Assembly: GCA_943789275.1 (NCBI GenBank)
Contig: CALSTM010000003.1
Span: forward strand, 630,001 to 662,000
DNA: 32,000 bases
Source: Candidatus Poseidoniaceae archaeon
GTDB lineage: Archaea; Thermoplasmatota; Poseidoniia; Poseidoniales; Poseidoniaceae
Reading direction: 5' to 3'
The notes under the pieces were generated by a model. That model was not told the origin of the DNA, searched no databases, and saw nothing but the letters and a program-made list of their open reading frames with translations. Made by a program: the position numbers and the translations under genes. Positions 1 to 8,181 of this stretch are shown piece after piece; position 1 is the first letter of the stretch; every line of letters begins with the position of its first letter.

Positions 1-322
1 AACGTAGAAGGTAGTTGACGTAATAATCGGTACAAGTGGAACTGCTCTCGGCATCGCCACATTCGTATTCTTGCGTCTCAATTTCAAGTTGTACAACTCT
101 GGCATCGACGGTCTCCCACGATTGAGCTTCCAATTCATCGGTAAAATCACCGAGAACAATGAACGGCCAAATACATCCAAGAAGAAATACGACGATTCCG
201 GCGACAAGAAGAGCACCTGGTGAGGACTGATTGGGGCCGCTGAGTTGTACTTCCATGAACATCAATCCTTGCCGTACTACTTTACCGTAGTCCCGATATC
301 CTTCAAAGGACGCATCTTCCAT
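1..322 (-). CDS. Membrane protein, possibly DUF3592-like; 3' part runs off the window
   Basis: My own translation of the minus strand from the ATG at 322-320, directly abutting the TAG stop (325-323) of the upstream gene: MEDASFEGYRDYGKVVRQGLMFMEVQLSGPNQSSPGALLVAGIVVFLLGCIWPFIVLGDF...SWETVDARVVQLEIETQEY.... It has one clear TM helix followed by a W-x-T-x-x-A-x-V segment reminiscent of DUF3592. The frame is open to position 1. It is not in the ORF track because it is truncated. Confidence 0.45.
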   Translation of the reverse strand, partial: MEDASFEGYRDYGKVVRQGLMFMEVQLSGPNQSSPGALLVAGIVVFLLGCIWPFIVLGDFTDELEAQSWETVDARVVQLEIETQEYECGDAESSSTCTDYYVNYLLR

Positions 323-958
323 CTACCGCCGGGTGAGGACAAACACCGAAAGGCTGCAACGGCTAAGGTCACGTTGTTCTTCTTCTAAGAGGTCGCTCCA
401 TTGAACCCGCTGTACGTGAAAATGTTCTGAAAACAAAGTTTCGACTTCTGAATCAGGCAACGCAAAGGGTGGGCCTTGCATCTCTGATTGTGGATAATCA
501 AACGTCACCATGAGGCCCTTACTGCCTTTGGAAGTGAGGTTACACAGTTGTTCAACATAGGCTTGACGCATGGACGAGGGGAGGGCAACGAGTGCTGCTC
601 GGTCGTACCAAGCATCAAACGGTGCTTCATCCGGTTGGACTTCAAAGAAGTCAGCATGGTAAAGGTGAATGTTTTCTGTTGAGTATTTTGTGCCGGTTGG
701 CTTCTGGTCAACACTTGCAGTCGTTGAGGCATCTTCAAAAAAATGCTTGACCGCTTTCTCGACCAGTTCAATCCCGACAACGGCGTGACCTTGTTCATGC
801 AACCAATGCATGTCAAGGGATTTACCGCATAATGGAACGAGCACTTTTGCGCCGTTGGCAAGATCAAGTGAAGACCAATGATCTTCTAAGGTCGGGTTCG
901 CTTCAAGCCGATGAAAACCAATGCGGTTCTCATCCCATCGCTGGTGCCATATGGACAT
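323..958 (-). CDS. tpm: Thiopurine S-methyltransferase family (SAM-dependent) methyltransferase
   Basis: The N-terminus WHQRWDENRIGFHRLEANPTLEDHW...GAKVLVPLCGKSLDMHWLHEQGHAVVGIELVEKAVKHFFED matches the highly conserved TPMT signature (W..RW....GFH, VLVPLCGKS.DM.WL, VVG.EL). Length is 211 aa. Confidence 0.85.
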   Translation of the reverse strand: MSIWHQRWDENRIGFHRLEANPTLEDHWSSLDLANGAKVLVPLCGKSLDMHWLHEQGHAVVGIELVEKAVKHFFEDASTTASVDQKPTGTKYSTENIHLYHADFFEVQPDEAPFDAWYDRAALVALPSSMRQAYVEQLCNLTSKGSKGLMVTFDYPQSEMQGPPFALPDSEVETLFSEHFHVQRVQWSDLLEEEQRDLSRCSLSVFVLTRR

Positions 959-962
959 TCAA

Positions 963-1829
963 TCACTGGCCAGTGAAGTTGGCAACACGCTTTTCGACGT
1001 AGGCAGCAATTCCTTCTTTGGCGTCAGTACTGTTGAACAAAGACGCTTGCAACTCACGCTCGAGAGCCAAGTGGTATTCGAATGGAATCTCTGGGCCGGT
1101 TTGGCATGAACGCTTGATGTTTCCAACAGCCTTGACTGCCTTGTTTGGTAGAGTGAATTGACTGCACCAGTCGAGAATGTCTCGACGGAAATCTTCTGCA
1201 GAGCCTTCCCAAATGTGGTTGATGAGGTTGCAGCCGTGTGCGTCCTCAAACGACATGAGTTCGCCGGTGACCATCATTTCAAGAGCCATTGCCTTACCGA
1301 TGAGGCGAGTCAAACGAGCAGTTCCACCGGTTCCAGCAAGAACACCAAGGTTAATTTCTGGAAGTCCGACTTTGCCTGCGTTCTTTCGAGCGATTCGAAT
1401 GTCTGCAGCCATAGCGATTTCAAGACCGCCACCTACAGCGTGACCGTTGATAGCACAAACGACGAGCTTCGAAGTTTGCTCAAGTCGAGAAAGAGTTTCA
1501 TTGGCGTGAAGACAGAAGTTGTACTTGAAACCTGGAGTGACGCTGTTCAACATTTGAATGGATGCGCCGGCAGAAAAGAAGGATGCGCCGTTGCCGGTCA
1601 AGACAATGCAAGTGACATCGTCATCGAACCGAGCCTTGACAATTGCCGTGTCAATATCGCACATCATGGCGTGGGTGTAGGTGTTTGGAGAGCGGTCGTT
1701 TGCTCCTTCTAAAGGAGCACCTGCTGAGTCCGAGGTGAGTTCAATTACCGCAATTCCGTTGGTGGTAACACCGTAGTTGACAAGACGGTTAGGCATAGGT
1801 TCGAGTTTGAGTCCATAGAGGTCGCTCAT
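963..1829 (-). CDS. Enoyl-CoA hydratase/isomerase (crotonase) family protein
   Basis: Crotonase oxyanion-hole motifs: FFSAGASI and INGHAVGGGLEIAMAADIRIA, then LPEINLGVLAGTGGTARL. I placed the start at ATG 1829 (MSDLYGL...). ATG 1853 or TTG 1862 are alternatives. Confidence 0.8.
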   Translation of the reverse strand: MSDLYGLKLEPMPNRLVNYGVTTNGIAVIELTSDSAGAPLEGANDRSPNTYTHAMMCDIDTAIVKARFDDDVTCIVLTGNGASFFSAGASIQMLNSVTPGFKYNFCLHANETLSRLEQTSKLVVCAINGHAVGGGLEIAMAADIRIARKNAGKVGLPEINLGVLAGTGGTARLTRLIGKAMALEMMVTGELMSFEDAHGCNLINHIWEGSAEDFRRDILDWCSQFTLPNKAVKAVGNIKRSCQTGPEIPFEYHLALERELQASLFNSTDAKEGIAAYVEKRVANFTGQ

Positions 1830-1873
1830 ACATCGACCCACAAGGATTCGCATTAAGAACAAATCGCTTTGAA

Positions 1874-3136
1874 TTACTGCGCATCGGTATCGGTTTCAGT
1901 ATCTTTGGAAAACGAGAGTTTCGCCCCTTGTTTACGAACTTCAGTCCACTGCTCACCAATGGCAAGTGCTTCAGGTGATTGCTCCCAGACATCTCGTTTG
2001 AGGGCTTTACGGAACGGCATTCGACGAACTCCTCGACCGTGAGCCTTGGCGTCTTTTTCGAGCATGAACGGATTGACGATTCGATAGAGAAGAGATTTGA
2101 GCAGCGTTGGGCGGAACAGTTTTCCAATCCAAACTAAGCCGTCCCCACGCTTCTTCTGGTCTTTCATCCATGCTTTGCACATTCGCTTGAACATACGGTC
2201 ACCAACACGATTCATCAACCATCGGTTGGCTACACTGGTACGTACATACGGCATGAGGTGCTCTCTGACATCCGCTTCATAGTCGCCTTTACCGAGAATG
2301 TCATTCGCGGCTAGAACGCCCGACCAGACTGCCATTCTCATGCCGAAGCCCCACATGAAATCCTGTAGGCCGCCTGATTCACCAACGTAGTATCGACCGT
2401 CTTGCTTGTAATTCCTGTTGATGGTGAAGTCACCTTTACCACCAACTCGCTTGATGGGTTTACGGTTCAAGTTTGGATAATGTGCTTCGTACCAGGCAAT
2501 CGTTTCGTTGAGGAACCGTTCACTTTTCTTCTGTTTGCGCCACAAGCACGTACAGATCAAGCCAACGCCATCGATGATGATGAGGTAGGAATAGGAACCA
2601 GGTGCCAATTTGTCGTTGAGTTGGAAGCCAATATGGTTTGGATGGTCGGTATGAAAGATTTCCCCATAGGCAACTGCAGAGGTGCCCTTTGGCCCACAAG
2701 CGATAATGGTGCAGTCTTCTTCTTTGACCCTTGACTTGTAATGGATTTGAACACCGGCAGCCAAGGCTTGTCGCTTGAAACCTTGGTCGATGGTATGGTC
2801 GGATGTTCCTCGTTCAATGATTCGATAAGCAGTTCCTGGGGTGGTGGCTTGTGTAATGACATCGTCAGGGTGAATAAGGTCGACCACATCAAATTCTGTT
2901 GCTTTGAATTCCGATAAGTCGAAGCCCCATTCTTTCAACTGCTCAAAGAAATCAACGCCCATACTCCAGTTTTCCAAGGCTTGGAAATCGCCGTCAAAGC
3001 GAGCACCAGAATCGGAGCGAATGTCGTGGACATGGACTTCCTTACCGCCCTTGGCCAACACCGTGGCAGCAGCAAGACCCGAGAGTCCTGCGCCCATGAT
3101 GTGGATGGCCTCTTCGCTGCCCATGACACCTCCCAT
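1874..3136 (-). CDS. FAD/NAD(P)-binding oxidoreductase (geranylgeranyl-reductase-like fold) with basic C-terminal extension
   Basis: N-terminal Rossmann dinucleotide motif IHIMGAGLSGLAAATVLAKGGKEVHVHD. C-terminal flavoprotein motif VGESGGLQDFMWGFGMRMAVWSGVLAA. ATG 3124 is preceded by GGGAGGTG and may be the true start. The specific substrate cannot be read from the sequence. Confidence 0.7.
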   Translation of the reverse strand: MGGVMGSEEAIHIMGAGLSGLAAATVLAKGGKEVHVHDIRSDSGARFDGDFQALENWSMGVDFFEQLKEWGFDLSEFKATEFDVVDLIHPDDVITQATTPGTAYRIIERGTSDHTIDQGFKRQALAAGVQIHYKSRVKEEDCTIIACGPKGTSAVAYGEIFHTDHPNHIGFQLNDKLAPGSYSYLIIIDGVGLICTCLWRKQKKSERFLNETIAWYEAHYPNLNRKPIKRVGGKGDFTINRNYKQDGRYYVGESGGLQDFMWGFGMRMAVWSGVLAANDILGKGDYEADVREHLMPYVRTSVANRWLMNRVGDRMFKRMCKAWMKDQKKRGDGLVWIGKLFRPTLLKSLLYRIVNPFMLEKDAKAHGRGVRRMPFRKALKRDVWEQSPEALAIGEQWTEVRKQGAKLSFSKDTETDTDAQ

Positions 3137-3153
3137 ACAGGCGTGAGGTTTGA

Positions 3154-3603
3154 ATGATGCGTTCCACTCGTGCGTCCATGCCGGGGTTCATTCTCATCGA
3201 AGAAGCGCTTGAATCGCTCGATGAAAATGCACTCAAAGCCAAGTTGCCAACCGAAGGTTGTGGAGCAATCGTCTCTTTTTTGGGAATTACCCGAGGAAAG
3301 GAGGGTGATGCGGATGTCTTGCGTCTCGAATTTGACGCATGGCAAAACCAGTTGTCGCCCGTTTTACACGGATTAGCCGAACAAGCCATCGAAAACTTCG
3401 GAGTTTTGGCTGTGGCAATGGCTCACAGGGTTGGCTCGGTTGGACCGTCTGACTCCATCGTATCGATTCATGTTGGCAGCCCGCATCGGAAAGAAGCATT
3501 CCAAGCGTGTGAATGGCTCATCGACGAACTCAAGAAGCAGGCGCCTCTGTGGAAGAAAGAGGTCACCAGTGATGGTGAGTCTTGGAAGGCCGGTCTCGGT
3601 TAG
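3154..3603 (+). CDS. moaE: Molybdopterin synthase catalytic subunit MoaE
   Basis: GAIVSFLGITRG...LEFDAW...VAMAHRVGSVGPSDSIVSIHVGSPHRKEAFQACEWLIDELKKQAPLWKKE fits the MoaE pattern (HR.G.L..GE, HR..AF.A....ID.LK...P.WKKE). The SD-like GTGAGGT lies 6 nt upstream. Confidence 0.85.
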   Translation: MMRSTRASMPGFILIEEALESLDENALKAKLPTEGCGAIVSFLGITRGKEGDADVLRLEFDAWQNQLSPVLHGLAEQAIENFGVLAVAMAHRVGSVGPSDSIVSIHVGSPHRKEAFQACEWLIDELKKQAPLWKKEVTSDGESWKAGLG

Positions 3604-3614
3604 GAGTTGACACC

Positions 3615-4064
3615 ATGGAAAGAGAAATCGAAGGAATTGTAGAAATCGGTGCGAAAGCCGTTGTTGAACGCCGTGCCTCGGCAACAGGCCTCCTCAAACT
3701 AAGTGCTGAATCGGCACAAGCGATTCAAACAAAATCAGTCAAGAAAGGCGATGTTTTGGAAGCCTCCACCATTGCTGCAATCCAAGCGGTGAAAGACACG
3801 CCACGCATTGTTCCGCATTGTCACCCAATCCCTCTGGAAGGATGTAAGGTCCAATGGGCGTGGGAAGGGAACGCACTGCGTTGTACCGTTCATGTCTCAG
3901 CCCATTACAAGACTGGCATCGAAATGGAGGCGCTTACAGGAGTAAGTGCAGGCCTCTTGTGTGCGCTGGACATGGTCAAATCCATTGAGAAAGACGAGAA
4001 CGGTCAGTATCCCGGAACTTCCATTTCAGACATCGTTGTCCTTGAGAAGTTCAAAGGTCAGTAA
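3615..4064 (+). CDS. moaC: Cyclic pyranopterin monophosphate synthase accessory protein MoaC
   Basis: KKGDVLEASTIAAIQAVKDTPRIVPHCHPIPL...TGIEMEALTGVSAGLLCALDMVK matches conserved MoaC blocks. I chose ATG 3615, 12 nt after the moaE stop. The ORF-track start at 3582 would overlap moaE. Confidence 0.85.
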   Translation: MEREIEGIVEIGAKAVVERRASATGLLKLSAESAQAIQTKSVKKGDVLEASTIAAIQAVKDTPRIVPHCHPIPLEGCKVQWAWEGNALRCTVHVSAHYKTGIEMEALTGVSAGLLCALDMVKSIEKDENGQYPGTSISDIVVLEKFKGQ

Positions 4065-5761
4065 TTCTCAGAAAGAACTTCTTTCGCGCACTGCAGTATG
4101 CGTTCGTTTTCTTTTTGTGAACGAATGGCGAATCGAACGGCCTTATTGGTGAGGGATACACCCATGTTTTGAGCATCCCGAATGAACACACCTTTGCCTT
4201 TACACGCTTCGATAAACGAGGCTGAAGTATGGTGTGTATGCTCGGGTAAGAACGTCAAGATGAAATTAGCAACACCGGGTAGAACGGTAAACTTCTCTTC
4301 GTTCAACAAGCGGCTGAGCTCTTCCCTTTGCTGGTGAATGATGTTGTATTGCTGTCGGTAATATTCAGGGTTACGCAGTGCTGCAACCGCTGCGAGTTGT
4401 CCCGGTAGGCTAACGGCCCATGGCGGAATGAACCGCCGTAGTTCGTTCATCTTTTGACCGACCGCATAGGCTACACGCAGTCCTGACAGCGCGTAGCATT
4501 TGCTCATGCTTTTGCAGACGATGAGGCTTGGCGTGGTCGCAACCATCGATTCTAGCGATTGTGCTTCCGGTATGTAGTCGATGTAGGTCTCATCAACCCA
4601 AATCATCTTGCAACGGGTAGGGGATTCACTTTCATCTTGGATTCGGCGTACAATCTCACTCATTTCTTCGCTGTAAACGCCCGTCGGACTGTTGGGATTG
4701 ACAAAAATCACGGCATCGTGGAGGCGCGATTGTTCGACCAAATCATCAGCATTGATCTGAAAACCGTCTTCTTGGTGAAGAACAAAGTTCGTCATATGGC
4801 AACCAATGACATGGGTGAGGATGTGACTGTATTCACCGTACATCGGCGAGAGTACCATCACGTTCGAATCTTGATTGAGCAATTGCGGCAGGAACGAGAA
4901 CATCAACGAGGAGGAACCCGATGATACGGCAACATGCTTGGCGTTCACGCCACGGACATCAGCAACCGTTTCAATCAGTTCTTCACATTGCGTCGGAGGA
5001 GATTCTTGGCAACATCGTTCAAGTTGTTCCCGCAAAACATCGAGTGCTTCGGGACAAGGTGGGAACGGGCTATCGAGCACGTCGGCAACCACCAAGGAAT
5101 CACGAATTTCAAAATCGAACTTCGAAGTATCCCATGACTTGCCGCCGTGGTAGCAAACATCATCATCATCTTCTAAATTGATGTCAGCATCGATGCGTAG
5201 GGCGTGTTCCTTCATCACTTTTATGGGGTTTAGGTACATTGGATAATACAACGTTTGACCGTGCAGAACTCCGTGTTCATCAAAGACAGTCATGCCGTTT
5301 TTCCGGTACAACTCTGCAACTTCGGAATGTCCCATAGCGACGATATCTGTGCCGTCTCTTTCCAGGATAAATTCGAGCGCATACCGCATCAATCGGAATG
5401 AAATGTTCTGTCCTCGGAAAGCCGGATTTACGGTGAGAGCTCGAACTTCAAAGGTCGTGTTAAGTCGATGTTCGCATTCAGCATAGACCGTTTGTTCAAG
5501 AGTTTCTTTTGAGAAATAAGTGGTTATTCGGAACGGTTTTTCTTGAGGTGGATTGAGGCTGATGTATCCTGCGAGGACTCCGTTTTCCACGCAAGCGATA
5601 AAGTGACGTCCAGGGTCTTCGATTTTTTGTTCGGAATTGGCATCGTATTGTTGCAATTCGTTGGCATACACTTCATGACGAAGTCGAGAGATGCCGTTCC
5701 AAATCTGTACAACTTCTTTGTCATCGGGGAGCGGGTAATCAAAGTGCAAGAAATCTGCCAT
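4058..5761 (-). CDS. Fusion protein: N-terminal GNAT/N-acyl-synthase-like acyltransferase domain plus C-terminal class I/II (HisC/CobD-like) PLP aminotransferase domain
   Basis: Residues 1-190 (LRHEVYANELQQY..., VRALTVNPAFRGQNISFRLMRYALEFI) look like the acyl-CoA N-acyltransferase fold. Residues about 215-567 carry aminotransferase motifs VNPNSPTG, VDETYIDY and the PLP-lysine block CKSMSKCYALSGLRVAYA. It is a single uninterrupted 567-aa ORF. Confidence 0.75.
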   Translation of the reverse strand: MADFLHFDYPLPDDKEVVQIWNGISRLRHEVYANELQQYDANSEQKIEDPGRHFIACVENGVLAGYISLNPPQEKPFRITTYFSKETLEQTVYAECEHRLNTTFEVRALTVNPAFRGQNISFRLMRYALEFILERDGTDIVAMGHSEVAELYRKNGMTVFDEHGVLHGQTLYYPMYLNPIKVMKEHALRIDADINLEDDDDVCYHGGKSWDTSKFDFEIRDSLVVADVLDSPFPPCPEALDVLREQLERCCQESPPTQCEELIETVADVRGVNAKHVAVSSGSSSLMFSFLPQLLNQDSNVMVLSPMYGEYSHILTHVIGCHMTNFVLHQEDGFQINADDLVEQSRLHDAVIFVNPNSPTGVYSEEMSEIVRRIQDESESPTRCKMIWVDETYIDYIPEAQSLESMVATTPSLIVCKSMSKCYALSGLRVAYAVGQKMNELRRFIPPWAVSLPGQLAAVAALRNPEYYRQQYNIIHQQREELSRLLNEEKFTVLPGVANFILTFLPEHTHHTSASFIEACKGKGVFIRDAQNMGVSLTNKAVRFAIRSQKENERILQCAKEVLSENY

Positions 5762-5857
5762 GGGGGGGTTATTGCTTCGGATGTCTTCAAGAGTTTGCCG
5801 GACATTTGCAAAATTTTGAATCGTAAAGTCATTATTGGTTGGCAGGCAGGGACAACC

Positions 5858-7426
5858 ATGCGAGCAAAGGCTATGATGTTGGTTCTCCTTGTTTCGACGA
5901 TGTCGATGGCAGGCTGCTTTGGTGCCGAAGATTCCGTTGTGGAAGTTGAAATGGAACCTGAAATGGACAAGAGGGTTTTCGTTACCGACGGCACAGGTAT
6001 GGCCGTTAATGAGATGCCTCTTGAGATGGATTTCGTGTTCAGCGATGTTGGGGAAACCGGTAAGGAACCGAGCATTGGCATCACTTCAAGCGGATGTATG
6101 TTCTTTATCGCCATGGAAAAACCAATGCGCTCTTGCGACCATGGAGAGAGTTGGGAAAACACAGCCGACATTACACAAGCTCCGTTCACCAGCGACCCGT
6201 ATGGATGGGTCGACCCGGTAACTGACCGGATTTTCAACATCCACATGATGGGGCTTGCAACGACTTGGATTGGCTGGTCCGATGACGATGGAGAATCCTG
6301 GTTGGGTAACCCATACGACAGCGGTCCAGTGCCTCTCAACGATCACATCAAATTAGGTTCCGGGCCATGGACCGATTCGGGTTACGGCGGATTAGGACAA
6401 CTGAGTCCGCTTTACTCTGAAGCGGTGTATTTCTGTTACAACAAGTTGGCTGGGATTTTCTGCTACACCAGTTACGATGGAGGTGCCACTTTCCCAACTG
6501 GAGGCCAGATTTACGGACTTGCAACCAGTAATGGAGGTCTGCATGGAGCCATTACCACCGCTCCTGATGGAACGGTCTATGTGACTCCAAGAGTTGCAAC
6601 TCCAACCATCATTTACTCGAAGGATAACGGTCTTACTTGGGATACTCGAGAAATGGGACAGGACGCATCGACTCCAAACCCGCGTAAAAATTCCGAAGTT
6701 GCAACCGACTCTGAATCCAACGCATATCACGTGTGGACAGGAGGCGACCAAGGGATTTACATGGCTCGAAGTACCGATTCAGGGGATACTTGGGATTCAG
6801 AAAGTATTCGCATCAGTCCAGCAGGCGTCATCTCGACAACGTTCCCTCAAACAGATGCTGGTGACCCAGGAAGAATTGCGATAACATACCTTGGAAGTGA
6901 AAACGTTTCCTTGCTCAATACAACGGACATTGACGGAAATAATTGGAACGGAAACGGTCATTACGCACCGAGCGGGGTGCACTACCATCTTTACGTCACG
7001 TACAGTCTCAATGCACTGGATGAAAACCCAACATTCCACACCTATCGAGTTTCTGACGACCCCGTTCAAATTGGAAGTATGTGCCTAAACAGTGGCGATT
7101 GCCGTACCGATGAGGGGGGCTCAAACCGAAACTTGCTCGACTTCAACGACCTCACCATCGATCTTGAAGGAAGAGTCTACATTGCTTTCGCAGACGGTTG
7201 CATCGATGCTTGCGCTACTGGAAACAATTCGCAACCTCAAGATTCCCGTGCTGGTCGTGGCTCAGTCTACTTCATGGCCAACGGGCCAAGCCTCTATGTA
7301 GCCAACGGTGAGCTGACTTCTCCAGTTCAATCAGCAGAGATGCTTAACACCTCAACGCTCCCTCAGCTCTGTGAAGCAGAGCAGTGTCGCTACGAAGACC
7401 AAGAAGTGGTCATGAGCGACGAATAA
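5858..7426 (+). CDS. Secreted/lipid-anchored Asp-box (BNR) repeat beta-propeller protein, sialidase-like fold
   Basis: Start ATG 5858 gives MRAKAMMLVLLVSTMSMAGCFG, a signal peptide with a lipobox-like MAGC. There are five Asp-boxes (S-x-D-x-G-x-T/S-W/F): SCDHGESW, SDDDGESW, SYDGGATF, SKDNGLTW, STDSGDTW. The ORF-track start at 5543 overlaps the oppositely oriented gene and was trimmed. Confidence 0.75.
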   Translation: MRAKAMMLVLLVSTMSMAGCFGAEDSVVEVEMEPEMDKRVFVTDGTGMAVNEMPLEMDFVFSDVGETGKEPSIGITSSGCMFFIAMEKPMRSCDHGESWENTADITQAPFTSDPYGWVDPVTDRIFNIHMMGLATTWIGWSDDDGESWLGNPYDSGPVPLNDHIKLGSGPWTDSGYGGLGQLSPLYSEAVYFCYNKLAGIFCYTSYDGGATFPTGGQIYGLATSNGGLHGAITTAPDGTVYVTPRVATPTIIYSKDNGLTWDTREMGQDASTPNPRKNSEVATDSESNAYHVWTGGDQGIYMARSTDSGDTWDSESIRISPAGVISTTFPQTDAGDPGRIAITYLGSENVSLLNTTDIDGNNWNGNGHYAPSGVHYHLYVTYSLNALDENPTFHTYRVSDDPVQIGSMCLNSGDCRTDEGGSNRNLLDFNDLTIDLEGRVYIAFADGCIDACATGNNSQPQDSRAGRGSVYFMANGPSLYVANGELTSPVQSAEMLNTSTLPQLCEAEQCRYEDQEVVMSDE

Positions 7427-7476
7427 CCAACCTTAATGTCATCAACGACTAATAACTTCTCAGTCAAGGGCACATT

Positions 7477-8121
7477 ATGTTCAGCCAGTTTCATTTGACG
7501 AAACCTACCCAGTGGCATCTCGCACTTTCACACGATGATTCCACCGTTCTTGAGCGGGCCATCGGCATTTTCTTCTTTGCTGGATTAACTGCATTATGTG
7601 CTCAACTCGCCCTCCCTACCAGTTGGACGCCGGTGCCTTACACGTTCCAGACGTTTTCCATTATGGCAGCAGGTGTTTACCTGCGAAGGAACGACGCATT
7701 CCTCTCCGGTGCTGTTTACCTCATTGCTGGGGCTGTTGGTGCTCCAGTGTTCGCCGGTGGAGCCAGTGGTTTGTTTTCCGGTTCACAACTCATTGCTTCG
7801 GGAGGATATCTCCTTGCCTTCCCAGTTGCTTCTGCCTTGATTGCAGAAGGTTTAGATCGTTCACGAAAAGCAGGAGTTGCAGACATCAAGGCGCAAATTC
7901 TCTGCTGGACTCTTGCTATGATTCCGGTCTACATCTTCGGAACTTTGTGGTTAGCCGAAGCGTATGGTGTGGACATGGCCCAAGCCTTTGTCTGGGGCAC
8001 TGAACCGTTCCTGCTTTGGGATTTTGGCAAGATTGTTCTTCTTGCCTTCGTGACGACCAAGGTATGGTCTTACGAATCTTTTGAAGAAGCTTCAGATGAT
8101 GAAGTTGGCTCGATTGAGTGA
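7477..8121 (+). CDS. bioY: Biotin transporter BioY (ECF S-component family)
   Basis: Polytopic membrane protein with BioY-like blocks: TPVPYTFQTFSIMAAGVYL, YLIAGAVGAPVFAGGASG, GGYLLAFPVASALIAEGL. Confidence 0.8.
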   Translation: MFSQFHLTKPTQWHLALSHDDSTVLERAIGIFFFAGLTALCAQLALPTSWTPVPYTFQTFSIMAAGVYLRRNDAFLSGAVYLIAGAVGAPVFAGGASGLFSGSQLIASGGYLLAFPVASALIAEGLDRSRKAGVADIKAQILCWTLAMIPVYIFGTLWLAEAYGVDMAQAFVWGTEPFLLWDFGKIVLLAFVTTKVWSYESFEEASDDEVGSIE

Positions 8122-8181
8122 ACAGATGACCCGTCAATTCAAACCGTTTCATTCATGGATGGGGCGCGCCCGTCGTGATTC

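Noticed and set aside
1158-1712. 184-aa plus-strand ORF
   Set aside because: It is antisense to the crotonase gene whose oxyanion-hole motifs identify the real frame.
5543-5857. N-terminal 105-codon extension of the Asp-box protein ORF (track start 5543)
   Set aside because: It overlaps the oppositely oriented, motif-supported acyltransferase/aminotransferase gene by more than 200 nt. It is not protein-like, and a clean signal peptide with a lipobox begins at ATG 5858.
5524-6339. 271-aa minus-strand ORF
   Set aside because: It is antisense to the Asp-box protein gene, rich in Ser/Thr/Pro with no motif, and a typical shadow ORF of a stop-poor antisense frame.
8162-8171. GC-only palindrome GGGCGCGCCC just upstream of glpX
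   Set aside because: It is only 10 bp, could arise by chance, and nothing in the sequence indicates a function. I noted it but did not call it a site.
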